Assembly (NCBI GenBank): GCA_965237955.1 | Contig: OZ250169.1 | Coordinates: 4,256,001-4,320,000, forward strand | DNA from: Candidatus Marinacidobacterales bacterium | GTDB lineage: Bacteria > Acidobacteriota > Vicinamibacteria > Marinacidobacterales > SMYC01 | Direction: 5' to 3' | Length of the DNA: 64,000 nt | Shown: piece by piece, positions 47,273 to 56,797 of the stretch | Layout of the letters: each line of letters begins with the position of its first letter | Numbering within the stretch: position 1 is the first letter of the stretch | The notes under the pieces: model-generated | The model's input: the letters and a program-made list of their open reading frames with translations, nothing else | Databases searched by the model: none | Told to the model about the DNA's origin: nothing | Program-made: the position numbers and the translations under genes

Positions 47273-50077
47273 TCACGAGCAACCGCTGGTGGTGCCGCAG
47301 TTCAAACACTTGTAGCAGCTACCGTTGCGCACCATGATCGAGCCGCACGTCGAGCACGGGGGTGCGTCGTCGAAAAGACGCGGGGGTTCCGACGTCTTTC
47401 CACCCGCCGTGGGTTCGGAGAAAACAGCGGCTTGGGCGGTTTCTTTAGGTGATTTCGTCGTTTCGCCGAACGGCATGCCGTCGTCGACGACGCCGGCACG
47501 CGCTTGTTGGTCCGGCGAGAGGAACTTCGACGCCAACCAGCGGAACAGGTAGTCGGTGATCGACTTCGCGTAGGGAATCTGATCGTTTCCAGTGAATCCG
47601 GATGGCTCGAAACGGGTGTGGGCAAACTTGTCGACCAGCACTTCGAGGGGAACTCCGTATTGGAGCGCGTATGAGATAGCTCGAGCGAACGCGTCCATCA
47701 AGCCGGAAACGGCCGAGCCTTCTTTGGACATGTTGATGAAGATCTCGCCCGGTGAGCCGTCATCGTACATACCCACGGTGATGTAGCCTTCGTGGCCCGC
47801 GATGCTGAACTTGTGGGTGATGGCTCGGCGCTCGACCGGAAGCTTGTGCTGAATCGGCCGGGCAATTTCACCAGGCTCACCAGGTTGACTGGACGTGCTC
47901 GACTTGGTGCCGCTGTTGGATGTGTTCAGAGGCTGCGTGCGTTTGCTGCCGTCACGATAGATAGCGATGGATTTGAGGCCGAGCTTCCACGCCTCGACGT
48001 ATGTATTCATGATCTCTTCGACGGTCGACTCCTTCGGCAAGTTGACCGTCTTCGAAATCGCCCCCGACAAGAACGGCTGGACGGCCGCCATCATCTTCAC
48101 GTGGCCCATATAGTGGATGGCGCGATTGCCGCCAGGGGCCTGCACGGCGCAATCGAACACCGGGAGGTGCTCGTCGCGCAGGAACGGTGCGCGCTCGATG
48201 AAGCCGTTCTCGTGTACGTAGTCGACCATGGCGTCGACTTCCTCGCTTCGATAACCGAGGCGAGCGAGTGCCGTTGGAACCGTCTGGTTGACGATCTTCA
48301 TGAGACCGCCGCCTACGAGCTTCTTGTATTTGACGAGGGCCAGGTCCGGCTCGACACCGGTCGTATCGCAGTCCATCATGAGACCGATCGTTCCGGTGGG
48401 CGCCAACACGGAAGATTGTCCGTTCCGATAGCCATGCCTTCGCCCGAGCTCGACCGTCTCATTCCAGACATCTCTGGCCGCGCGGTATAAATCCGGCTGG
48501 ACGCGTGCAGGGTCGATGCCATCGGCGGCGTCGCGGTGCATGTCCATCACCGCGGTCATCGGCTCTCGGTTCTCGCTGTACCCGGCGAACGGTCCCAGGG
48601 TCGAGGCGATGCGCGCGGACTGTCCGTAGGCTTGTCCGGTCATCACCGCGGTGATTGCTGCTGCGGTCTCCCGACCTCGATCGCTGTCATACGGGATGCC
48701 CTGGTACATCAACAGGGCGCCCAGATTTGCATATCCGATCCCGAGAGGACGAAACCTTTCCGAGTTCTCGCCGATCTTCGGTGTCGGGTAGCTGGCGTTG
48801 CTTATGATGATCTCCATCGCGGTGATGACGACGTCGACTGCTTTCTCGAACGCGGTGACGTCGAACTGGCCGTCCGGGGTTACGAACTTCATCAAGTTGA
48901 ACGACGCCAAGTTGCACGCGCTGTCGTCTAGATACATGTACTCGGAGCACGGATTCGACGCGTTGATGCGGCTCGTGTTCTTGGACGTGTGCCACCGGTT
49001 GATGGTGGTGTCGTATTGCATGCCGGGATCGCCGCACGCGTGGGTAGACTCGGCAATCTTCTTGAGCACGGCTCGCGCGGGATAGGTTCCGAGCGGCTCT
49101 CCGGTGTGGACCGCCGGAGTAACCCAATCTTTGTCCTCGCTGACGGCGTTCATGAACTCGTCAGTGACGCGCACGCTGTGGTTTGCGTTCTGGTAGAAGA
49201 TCGAAGCGTAGGCTTCACCGTTGAACGAGCCGTCGTAGCCGGCATCGATGAGCGTCCACGCCTTCCGCTCCTCACGGAGCTTGCACTCGATGAAGTCCAT
49301 GATGTCGGGATGGTCGACGTTCAAAATGACCATCTTAGCCGCGCGTCTCGTCTTGCCCCCACTTCGGATCACGCCCGCGAACGCGTCGTAGCCTTTCATG
49401 AAGGAGACCGGCCCGCTCGCGATACCGCCCCCCGAAAGCCGTTCTCTAGAGCTCCGGATCGTGGAGAGGTTGGAGCCGGTGCCCGAGCCCCACTTGAATA
49501 ACATGCCTTCCGTTTTCGCCAGGTTCAGGATCGAATCCATGGTGTCGTCGACGGAGTTGATGAAGCACGCCGAACACTGCGGCTTGGCCTCGATGCCGCA
49601 GTTGAACCACACCGGGGAGTTGAACGACGCGTGCTGGTTCAGAAGCAGGAACGTGAGATCGTCCCGAAACGTCTCGGCGTCTTCGTTCGTCTGGAAGTAA
49701 CTGCCTTCTTGTCCCCACCGCGTCATCGTGTCGACGACGCGCCCAATCAACTGGCGTACGCTGTTCTCGCGATCTCCGGTGCCGAGAGTTCCGTGGAAGT
49801 ACTTCGAAGCCACGATATTCGTCGCCATTTGCGACCAACTCTTGGGTACTTCGACGCTCTTCTGTTCGAAGATCGTGTCACCGTTTTCGTCGGTGATAAC
49901 CGCATCACGCGTGTCCCATTCGATGGCGTCGTAAGGTGAAATGCCTTTTTCGGTGAAGAAGCGATCGAAGTGGAGCGCTTTCGCTCGCTGTGTCTTCCGA
50001 GCACCGGCCGTGTCACCGTTGGAAGTGCCGTTTTCTGTGTCCACAATCAGCGAAATATCCTTCTTCGTCGTCGCCAT
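47273..50077 (-). CDS. nrdJ: Class II (adenosylcobalamin-dependent) ribonucleotide reductase
   Basis: Motifs are FNSPVWFN, QCSACFI, GKTRRAAKM, SNPCSEY, APTGTIG, SGAISKTVN and YRDG, with a C-terminal CxxC...CxxC. Confidence 0.96.
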   Translation of the reverse strand: MATTKKDISLIVDTENGTSNGDTAGARKTQRAKALHFDRFFTEKGISPYDAIEWDTRDAVITDENGDTIFEQKSVEVPKSWSQMATNIVASKYFHGTLGTGDRENSVRQLIGRVVDTMTRWGQEGSYFQTNEDAETFRDDLTFLLLNQHASFNSPVWFNCGIEAKPQCSACFINSVDDTMDSILNLAKTEGMLFKWGSGTGSNLSTIRSSRERLSGGGIASGPVSFMKGYDAFAGVIRSGGKTRRAAKMVILNVDHPDIMDFIECKLREERKAWTLIDAGYDGSFNGEAYASIFYQNANHSVRVTDEFMNAVSEDKDWVTPAVHTGEPLGTYPARAVLKKIAESTHACGDPGMQYDTTINRWHTSKNTSRINASNPCSEYMYLDDSACNLASFNLMKFVTPDGQFDVTAFEKAVDVVITAMEIIISNASYPTPKIGENSERFRPLGIGYANLGALLMYQGIPYDSDRGRETAAAITAVMTGQAYGQSARIASTLGPFAGYSENREPMTAVMDMHRDAADGIDPARVQPDLYRAARDVWNETVELGRRHGYRNGQSSVLAPTGTIGLMMDCDTTGVEPDLALVKYKKLVGGGLMKIVNQTVPTALARLGYRSEEVDAMVDYVHENGFIERAPFLRDEHLPVFDCAVQAPGGNRAIHYMGHVKMMAAVQPFLSGAISKTVNLPKESTVEEIMNTYVEAWKLGLKSIAIYRDGSKRTQPLNTSNSGTKSSTSSQPGEPGEIARPIQHKLPVERRAITHKFSIAGHEGYITVGMYDDGSPGEIFINMSKEGSAVSGLMDAFARAISYALQYGVPLEVLVDKFAHTRFEPSGFTGNDQIPYAKSITDYLFRWLASKFLSPDQQARAGVVDDGMPFGETTKSPKETAQAAVFSEPTAGGKTSEPPRLFDDAPPCSTCGSIMVRNGSCYKCLNCGTTSGCS

Positions 50078-50336
50078 TCCAATCCCCTCCGCTCGCGAAA
50101 GAGCCCCGCCGTCCAAGGCGCGAGCTCACGGCTCTACTGCTACGCTACTGTTCAACTCTACGCGGTCTACGTAGTAAACCGAAAATCGTTATCCAAGACC
50201 CTTCTGAGAAACTCCGACCGTCTCCGGAGTGCCTTCATTCGCGCGAAAAAAGGCAATGCGGGAGCGCGCTAGCCGCCAACCCTCGCTGACGGCCCGAACA
50301 AGACTGAGTTCTTGTTGAGCTAGCCTTGGATTTGTT

Positions 50337-50421
50337 TTTATAAACGGAGCCATGATTCGCTGTCAAGAAAAAAATACTAGATTTTGCGCTATGTGTCCAT
50401 TGGACCCACTAAATGTTGGGG
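50337..50421 (-). promoter_or_regulatory. nrdJ sigma-70 promoter with tandem NrdR boxes
   Basis: The minus strand has TTGACA (50366-50361) and TATAAA 18 nt downstream. The boxes atactagattttgcgc (50374) and ccactaaatgttgggg (50406) are 32 bp apart and match acaCwAtATaTwGtgt. Confidence 0.75.
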
Positions 50422-50656
50422 GAAGCTTCTGAAAGGGTGGGGTTTACGTCAGACGAAGAATCACGCGAAAAGTTCATATTGGTCTTATCATTAGTCGTCG
50501 TATACGTAATTTTGGGTGTAGTTTTGGGCACTCGGAAAAACAGTTAGCGCGGAACTGTTCAAGTGCTGCTTTAAGTGGATGATAGGTGAACTGGCCGAAA
50601 CGCTCACCGAGAATTCAAGAGATCTTCGTCGAATCGTTGTGTCAGGGAGGGCGCGA

Positions 50657-52498
50657 TCAGCCAAAAATCTTCTTGAACATGTCCTTCAGAGGGTCTTTGC
50701 TGCCTCTTCCGCCCGTGCTCAGGTGCTTCTTGGCGCCTTCATGCTGCGGACGGATGCGGAGCGCGGTGCGGAATTCAGTCTGGGCGCGTGCGTGCATAGC
50801 GAACGATTTGTAATAGAGTCCGAGCGAAAAATGTAAATCGGCGTTTTGAGGCGCCAGCAGGAGTGCCTCGATGAAGTGACGCTCGGCATCTTTGCGCATC
50901 ACCGGGTGGCGCGCCATCGCACGCGCGAGCATGCCGTGGTGTACGGGGTCTCGAGGCTCGAGCTCGACGAGCTCGTACAAAAGCGATACCGCGTGCTCCC
51001 AGTCGCGCACTTGAAAGTGGAGCTTTACGTCGCGGTTGAGCTGGCGAACGCGCTCGACCCGCGCCGCGCCGGTGAGCTGCGCTCCCGAGCGAAGGGACGG
51101 ACCTTTGCGTTCGGATTCCTCTTCGATCCCCTCTGGCGCTTCGCTCGGGAGCGAGTCCGCATCCTCGCCGACTTCCGACAGGGCTTTTTGGTCGTCGCCT
51201 ATATCGCCCCTATCGGATGCAACGGAGTCCTCCGGAGGTTGCGTGTCGACGAGCTCGGAAGATGGGGTCATGACGTCGTCGGACGAGATATCGATACCGA
51301 CTTCTTCGAACAGCTCCTCGTTCAGTGGCGGAAGCGTTTGCTCGGTGGGAACTTCGAAGGCTTCCTGATCGACCTCCGCTCGAATCGGCTTGCTCGAGGA
51401 CTCGGACGCGCGCTGTTCTTTCTCCTCGAGCATCCGTTCGTACGCCTTCTCGAGTCGGCTTTGGATGACTTCGACTTTGGTGACCAGGGTGTGCTGCGCT
51501 TCGACCATCGCCCGCTTTTTCTGCCAGTCTGCTTGCCGCGTCTCGAACGCTTGTTGGATGTTCGCCTGGTCCGGCTGCCCGCCGAGCTCGTCGAGCCCGA
51601 GGAGCTCTTTCTCCGAAGCTCGGTCGAGACGATCGAACTCCATCAGGATCTCTTGCCTCGCGTTCGTCGCTTGAATTTTGGCGAACTTGCGCTGGATCTC
51701 CGACAGCACGAACACACCGGTCTCTTCTTGCACCTTCAGCGGTTTTCGGTGACCCTGGTCGGCCGGCTCCAACAGGCCGGCGGCGAACAGTCCGTAGCAC
51801 GCTCTCAGCACGACGCCGCGATCTGCGTCCATGCTTTGGATCATCGCGGCGAGGGGGGTTCCTTTGCCCGCGTTTCGAAGGACCGCCTGCTCGAGAGGTT
51901 TCAACTTGCGGGGCTCGACCGTAAATGGAGGTCGCGCGGAAGGTCGCACCAGCGTTCCGAGCGGAGGGAGCCCTGAGAGAATGAGCCTTCCATCCGTCAT
52001 GTGTCGGACCCCTTCGAGCAGGATGCGATAGATCGACAAGCTGACCATGAGCTCGACAGGAATCACGTTGCCGCGCTCGTCGAAGCTGTAGACGCCGTCT
52101 TTGATCTTGAACAGCGACATTACGATGCGGTTGACCTGCGCCGCCACTTGTTTGCCGAGCTCTTCCTCCGACATCACCCCCGCTTGCACGAGAGCTTGGC
52201 CGAACTTTCGTTTGCTACCTTTCATGAGCATGCTCGCGAGTGCGAACTCGTGACGCGAGATGCGTCCCGCCTCGATGAGACTCTCTCCGAGCCTGTCGCG
52301 CTTCAGGTTGCTCGCGGCGAACACGATGAACCCGTTATCGAAGTAAATACTCTTGATGCCGGTGCCGAGGTTGACTTGGAGGTCGCCGCTTCGTTCCTCG
52401 GTGGCGACTTTGCGCAATACCTCGGCGAGCGGAACGCCACGGAGCGAGCCGACCCAGTCGATGCTTACGTTAGAGCGCTCCCGGTTTGTCGTTGCCAT
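50657..52498 (-). CDS. DUF4388 + degenerate J-like region + acidic linker + TPR protein
   Basis: It reads GSL...LAEVL.......SGDL....KSIYF..G.IVFAASN...RLGESL and has C-terminal TPRs. No HPD motif. The start is uncertain. Confidence 0.8.
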   Translation of the reverse strand: MATTNRERSNVSIDWVGSLRGVPLAEVLRKVATEERSGDLQVNLGTGIKSIYFDNGFIVFAASNLKRDRLGESLIEAGRISRHEFALASMLMKGSKRKFGQALVQAGVMSEEELGKQVAAQVNRIVMSLFKIKDGVYSFDERGNVIPVELMVSLSIYRILLEGVRHMTDGRLILSGLPPLGTLVRPSARPPFTVEPRKLKPLEQAVLRNAGKGTPLAAMIQSMDADRGVVLRACYGLFAAGLLEPADQGHRKPLKVQEETGVFVLSEIQRKFAKIQATNARQEILMEFDRLDRASEKELLGLDELGGQPDQANIQQAFETRQADWQKKRAMVEAQHTLVTKVEVIQSRLEKAYERMLEEKEQRASESSSKPIRAEVDQEAFEVPTEQTLPPLNEELFEEVGIDISSDDVMTPSSELVDTQPPEDSVASDRGDIGDDQKALSEVGEDADSLPSEAPEGIEEESERKGPSLRSGAQLTGAARVERVRQLNRDVKLHFQVRDWEHAVSLLYELVELEPRDPVHHGMLARAMARHPVMRKDAERHFIEALLLAPQNADLHFSLGLYYKSFAMHARAQTEFRTALRIRPQHEGAKKHLSTGGRGSKDPLKDMFKKIFG

Positions 52499-52641
52499 CG
52501 GTCGAGAATCGAGCATTTCCATCGACTTGCCGTCGTGATGTTTTGTTGGAATGGGGGTATTGTCTATGATTTCCAGGGCTACCACAAGGCTGAGTTCATT
52601 GGCGTAGGACTTTCCCCACATCTAGGCTTGGAAGCGGGATC

Positions 52642-54267
52642 ATGGCAAAAAGGCGACGCGTTCTCGAAATCCGAATCACCGGGGCGATAAGCGAGGTTCC
52701 GGCGCGATTCTCGTGGCCACGGGTTGAGCGCTCATCACTCTACGACATCGAAGCGGCTCTTCGTCGCGCGTCAGACGATCGCAAAATCGACGGGGTCTTG
52801 CTCGAGCTTGCCGACGTTAGCATCGGCTGGTCGAAAGCCGAGAGCTTGCACCGCGCGATACGTGACGTGCGCGCGAGCGGTAAGGCTACCGTCGCCTTTC
52901 TCGCCGGAGCGGACAACGTGACTTACATGTTGGCGTCTGCGTGCGAGAGCGTCGTGCTCGCGCCCGCCGCGTTGTTGTCGCTTCAATCTCTTTCGAGCGA
53001 CAGCTTGTTTTTCAAGGATCTCCTCGGCGAGATCGGCGTAAGTCCCGAGCTCGATGCCGTGGGGGAGTTCAAGTCGGCGGGCGAAGCGCTCGAGCGACGG
53101 GAATCATCGGATGCGCACCGCCGAGAGATGACGTCGATTCTCGAGGATTTGAACGCTCAGTTCGTGGCGCTCGTTGCCGGAGGTCGCACGATGCCGGCCG
53201 CCGCTGTCGCCGCCGCGATCACATCCGGGCCGTTCCTGCCTGAGGACGCAAAAAACGCCGGCCTGGTGGATCACATCGAACACGCGGATTTCTGCAAATC
53301 GTATCTCGAAGAGAAGTTGGGCCATGGGGGGCATGCCCCGCGCTACGTGCCCCACGCGAGCTACATAGCACCCCCGGGTCTCGTCCGGCGCGCTCTTCGC
53401 TGGCGACGCCCCCAGGTCGCCATCGTTCATGCGTGCGGCGTTCTGACTTCTGGTGACTCTCGGAGCTCGCCGTCGGGTAGCGTGACAGTCGGCGCACGCG
53501 CGCTCTCGGAGCTGTTGTCGAGCCTTCGCGAGCGGCCGAGGGTGCGCGCGGTGGTCCTCCGGATTGACAGTCCTGGCGGCGGAGCCCTCGCTTCCGACGC
53601 CATCCATCGGGAGCTGTCTCTCGTCGCGAAGGAAAAACCAGTCGTTGTCTCCATGGGCGACATCGCGGCTTCGGGCGGCTACTACATCGCCGCCGCGGCG
53701 GGCACGGTGCTCGCGGAGGGTACGTCACTGACCGGCTCGATTGGAGTTCTCGGCGGGAAGCTCGTCGTCAAGCGACTTCTCGACCGGCTCGGAATCGCTC
53801 GCGAGAGCTTGTCCTTTGGGACGAACGCGGGCATGTTCTCGCCGCTACGATCGTTCACCGAGGAGGAGCGCGCCCGGCATCGCGGGCATCTCGATCATTT
53901 CTACCGCGCCAGGTTTTTAACCGTCGTCGCCGAGGGTCGAAAGATAACGCTCGAGGAGGCGGACGAGGCCGGGCGCGGTCGTGTATGGACGGGACGCCAA
54001 GGCCAAAACGTTGGTCTCGTGGATGGCCTCGGTGGACTGCACGATGCGATCGAGCTCGCTCACGAAGAAGCGAACCTCGACCGCGCGAGATCCCGCGTCG
54101 TGGTCTACGGACGTCGCGCCCGACTACGAGAGCTTTTGACGTTTGGTCTGGTCGATCTCAACGGGGGCTCGCTCGTGTCCGATCTCGCAGGCCGGATATC
54201 GCTCATCGAAGAGCTGGCGCGCGAAGATTTGTTGCTGCTGATGCCGCGAATCTTCCGAATCCGCTAA
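52642..54267 (+). CDS. sppA: Signal peptide peptidase SppA (67K type, S49)
   Basis: Motifs are [40 protein letters not shown] and GRVWTG. Confidence 0.93.
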   Translation: MAKRRRVLEIRITGAISEVPARFSWPRVERSSLYDIEAALRRASDDRKIDGVLLELADVSIGWSKAESLHRAIRDVRASGKATVAFLAGADNVTYMLASACESVVLAPAALLSLQSLSSDSLFFKDLLGEIGVSPELDAVGEFKSAGEALERRESSDAHRREMTSILEDLNAQFVALVAGGRTMPAAAVAAAITSGPFLPEDAKNAGLVDHIEHADFCKSYLEEKLGHGGHAPRYVPHASYIAPPGLVRRALRWRRPQVAIVHACGVLTSGDSRSSPSGSVTVGARALSELLSSLRERPRVRAVVLRIDSPGGGALASDAIHRELSLVAKEKPVVVSMGDIAASGGYYIAAAAGTVLAEGTSLTGSIGVLGGKLVVKRLLDRLGIARESLSFGTNAGMFSPLRSFTEEERARHRGHLDHFYRARFLTVVAEGRKITLEEADEAGRGRVWTGRQGQNVGLVDGLGGLHDAIELAHEEANLDRARSRVVVYGRRARLRELLTFGLVDLNGGSLVSDLAGRISLIEELAREDLLLLMPRIFRIR

Positions 54268-54275
54268 TCCTTTTT

Positions 54276-54404
54276 CACCGCAGAGCGCGCAGAGAAAAGC
54301 AAAGGCAAAAAAATCGCAAAGTCGCAAAGTCGCAAAGTCGCGAAGGCGCAAAGTGAAGCGCCTTCGGCACTGATTCTCTCTTTGCGTCCTTGCGCCTTTG
54401 CGTT
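54276..54404. repeat. REP-like palindromic element (copy 4)
   Basis: It reads cgcaaagt x3, cgcgaaggcgcaaagtgaagcgccttcggc...ctttgcgtccttgcgcctttgcgtt and lies between convergent genes. Confidence 0.85.
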
Positions 54405-54425
54405 AAAAAAAGTGGTCCGCAGTTT

Positions 54426-56474
54426 CTAGTTGCGGCGGCGGGCTCCGCCTCGACGTCCGCCGCTTCGTGCGCGGCCGGCGGATGAGCGGGAGCCGCTTCT
54501 CGAGCCACTCACGCGGCCTGAGCTTCGCTGCGATCGGGGAGCGGTTCGGGTGACGCTCGATCGGCTTCGACTCGGTGCTCTCGAGGGGCCGGTCACGTTG
54601 CGCTGAGAGCGCGGCGTGGCCCGGTTGACGTTGGACGAGCGTACGCGGTTGCGGCTCGGTGTAGACCCGCTTCGTGTCGTCGTGCGCTGGCGCGATCGCG
54701 ACGGCGAACGGGTCACGGCCTCGCGGCGTGACGAGCTCCTCGTTGATTGTTGGGCTTGTTGGGCTTGCTGATTGCCCGCGCCGAACGTGCGCGCGCGCGA
54801 ACGCACCGCTGTTCGATCTGTTCGGGTCGGTGTCGTTTGCGTCACTCGGCTGCGCGTGGGGGGTGTGCGACGCCTTGCGGTGCCCGTCCCCTCTAGAGAA
54901 CGCCCGCGTGCTCCGGTGGCGCGCGCCGTGCCCGGTGCCCTGAATACGCGCGAGCCCGATCGAGGAACGTTGACGCCGACACGACTCCGGCCACCGGTCG
55001 TCCGCGCTCTTGTCCGGGAAACGTCACCACGCGGCCTCGCCTGGCGTCGAGGTGTCGACGTCCTGCTCGGGGCGAGGGCGGTGAGCGTGGCCTGAACACC
55101 ACGATCCACTGTAGGCGGTCGAACGCCGGTTCGCGGCACTGCGCGACCACGCGTCCCGCTTACCCTTGCTCTCCTTGCGAACGGGTTGGCCTGCGGTCCT
55201 CGTGGCGCGAGCGCGTTGTCTCCGCCGCCGGCGTGGGCAGTCAGGTTTCGATCCAAGACCGCGCCTTGTTGATGCATCCGGGCGCGCGCAGACGTCGAGC
55301 GCACATCGGATGCTCTCAGCCGCGCCCTGCGACGCCCGAAGTGCTCTTTGCGGGAAAAATTCCACCCGGCGCCGTGGTCGTATACGTGCCGCGGAACAGC
55401 CCTGCCGCCACGGTAGTGGCGTCGCCCTTTGTGATGAGGGTAGCGCCCCGCGCCGTAGAAGCCGTGGCCGTAGGCGAAGACCGATCCACCGTGAAACCCG
55501 AGCGGGCTCCATCCGATCCAAGCCGGTCCAACCGCGAACGAGACCCACGCGGGGCCCCAGTGCCGTCCGGGAACCCAATACCAACCGTGGTGGTTGTAGC
55601 CCCAGCGTCCGTAGTGATAGGGCGCCCAGCCCCACGGCTCATGCGACACCCAGGTGTATCCGTAGCTCGTATAACCCCACCGGCCGTCCCGGTACGGCGC
55701 CCAGCCGGCTCCGACGCTCGTCGGATACCACACGGCGCCGTGCTCTTCGTTGTCGCGCCACGTTCCGTAGTCGGTGAGGTCGTCGACATAGCGGTGCACT
55801 TCGGTGGGAACTTCGGCCAGCGGGACGCTACGCCGTCGAGCCTGTTCACTGTCGCGCGCGTGGCTCCACGAATCGAGTCCATCGGATCGCGAACGGTCGA
55901 AGACGAACGGTTCCTGCGGTTGTCCTCCCGCTTCCAAGAAACTTCTCTGTCCGGTACCGACCAGCACCGAGCTCTGCTCCGACGCGAGCTCGGCAACGGC
56001 TTCGAGCCCAGATACTGTCGTCACTGTCGTCGTGACGCCGTCAACGACGTCGACGCGATACGTGCCCGCGGTTTGTGTATAGACGCTACCGCTCGGTGTG
56101 TCGATGCGGATGCGCGAGCTTTCGGAGTCCACTTTCACGACGACGCTTCCGTTCCAGAGCCGCAGGTTGGGCTTGGCGCCGAATGCCATGAAATCGACTT
56201 TAGTCTCTCCGCCGAGACGCACGAGCGCGCCGTCGACGAACTGGATTTCTGCGAACGAGTTTGCGGTCGTCCACATCCGGTCGCCAGGAAGCACCGGCAA
56301 GTTGATGCCGCCTTGCTCCGGTTCCGGGTTCTGCGCGCGCTGCAAGCTCACGCCCCCGTCGACGTAGCGGATGTATCCGCTCTCGTACGTGTATTCTTGG
56401 GCTTCGCCCGTCGCCGCTAACGCTAGGAATCCGACCGAGAGAACGCTCGTATAAAGAGATGCTTTCCCGTTCAT
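54426..56474 (-). CDS. FecR + DUF6600 secreted protein with an Arg/Ser-rich disordered tail
   Basis: It has a signal peptide, NLPVLPGDRMWT..AEIQ, LTDYGTW, WAPYRDGRW, EPWGWAPYHYGRW and WGPAWV. Confidence 0.88.
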   Translation of the reverse strand: MNGKASLYTSVLSVGFLALAATGEAQEYTYESGYIRYVDGGVSLQRAQNPEPEQGGINLPVLPGDRMWTTANSFAEIQFVDGALVRLGGETKVDFMAFGAKPNLRLWNGSVVVKVDSESSRIRIDTPSGSVYTQTAGTYRVDVVDGVTTTVTTVSGLEAVAELASEQSSVLVGTGQRSFLEAGGQPQEPFVFDRSRSDGLDSWSHARDSEQARRRSVPLAEVPTEVHRYVDDLTDYGTWRDNEEHGAVWYPTSVGAGWAPYRDGRWGYTSYGYTWVSHEPWGWAPYHYGRWGYNHHGWYWVPGRHWGPAWVSFAVGPAWIGWSPLGFHGGSVFAYGHGFYGAGRYPHHKGRRHYRGGRAVPRHVYDHGAGWNFSRKEHFGRRRARLRASDVRSTSARARMHQQGAVLDRNLTAHAGGGDNALAPRGPQANPFARRARVSGTRGRAVPRTGVRPPTVDRGVQATLTALAPSRTSTPRRQARPRGDVSRTRARTTGGRSRVGVNVPRSGSRVFRAPGTARATGARGRSLEGTGTARRRTPPTRSRVTQTTPTRTDRTAVRSRARTFGAGNQQAQQAQQSTRSSSRREAVTRSPSRSRQRTTTRSGSTPSRNRVRSSNVNRATPRSQRNVTGPSRAPSRSRSSVTRTAPRSQRSSGRVSGSRSGSRSSAGRARSGGRRGGARRRN

Positions 56475-56537
56475 CCCTGACCCTCCTGAGGCTTTTGGTA
56501 GGCGCCCGACGCGCCTCAGCGTCTGGTGTCCTTCACT

Positions 56538-56553
56538 TGCAACCTGTATACCA
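56538..56553 (-). promoter_or_regulatory. Sigma-54 promoter of the FecR-DUF6600 gene
   Basis: The minus strand reads TGGTAT-ACAGG-TTGCA. An IHF-like ATCAACTATTTA lies about 30 bp upstream. Confidence 0.6.
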
Positions 56554-56694
56554 CGATCGCGTGCTGTTCGTAAACAACTCTAAATAGTTGATGACTAAGC
56601 TGTTGTGGATCTCAACGTGGTTCGCTCGAGCGTGATCCAAGTCGCTGTTCGAGGACAAACTGTGACCCAGCGTAGACATGCCCAGACGTTGAAA

Positions 56695-56724
56695 GTTGAC
56701 AAATCAACACTCATATCGTATCTT
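56695..56724 (+). promoter_or_regulatory. dnaK sigma-70 promoter overlapped by a HAIR-like HspR operator
   Basis: The promoter reads TTGACA-17 nt-TATCTT. GTTGACA-N7-ACTCATA compares with the HAIR consensus CTTGAGT-N7-ACTCAAG. Confidence 0.68.
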
Positions 56725-56797
56725 GTTGTCTGACTAAACATCTGTTAAGAATATCTGGACAAAGTCTGGAGAAGTCAAAAGCGAAGAAGGAGCAGTA

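Noticed and set aside
50080-50336. Cobalamin riboswitch in the long nrdJ leader
   Set aside because: No B12-box or other conserved riboswitch core is recognisable. Regulation is explained by the NrdR boxes.
54426-55250. Arg/Ser-rich low-complexity region as a separate gene or repeat array
   Set aside because: It is the usual disordered tail of FecR-DUF6600 proteins and is in frame with the gene.
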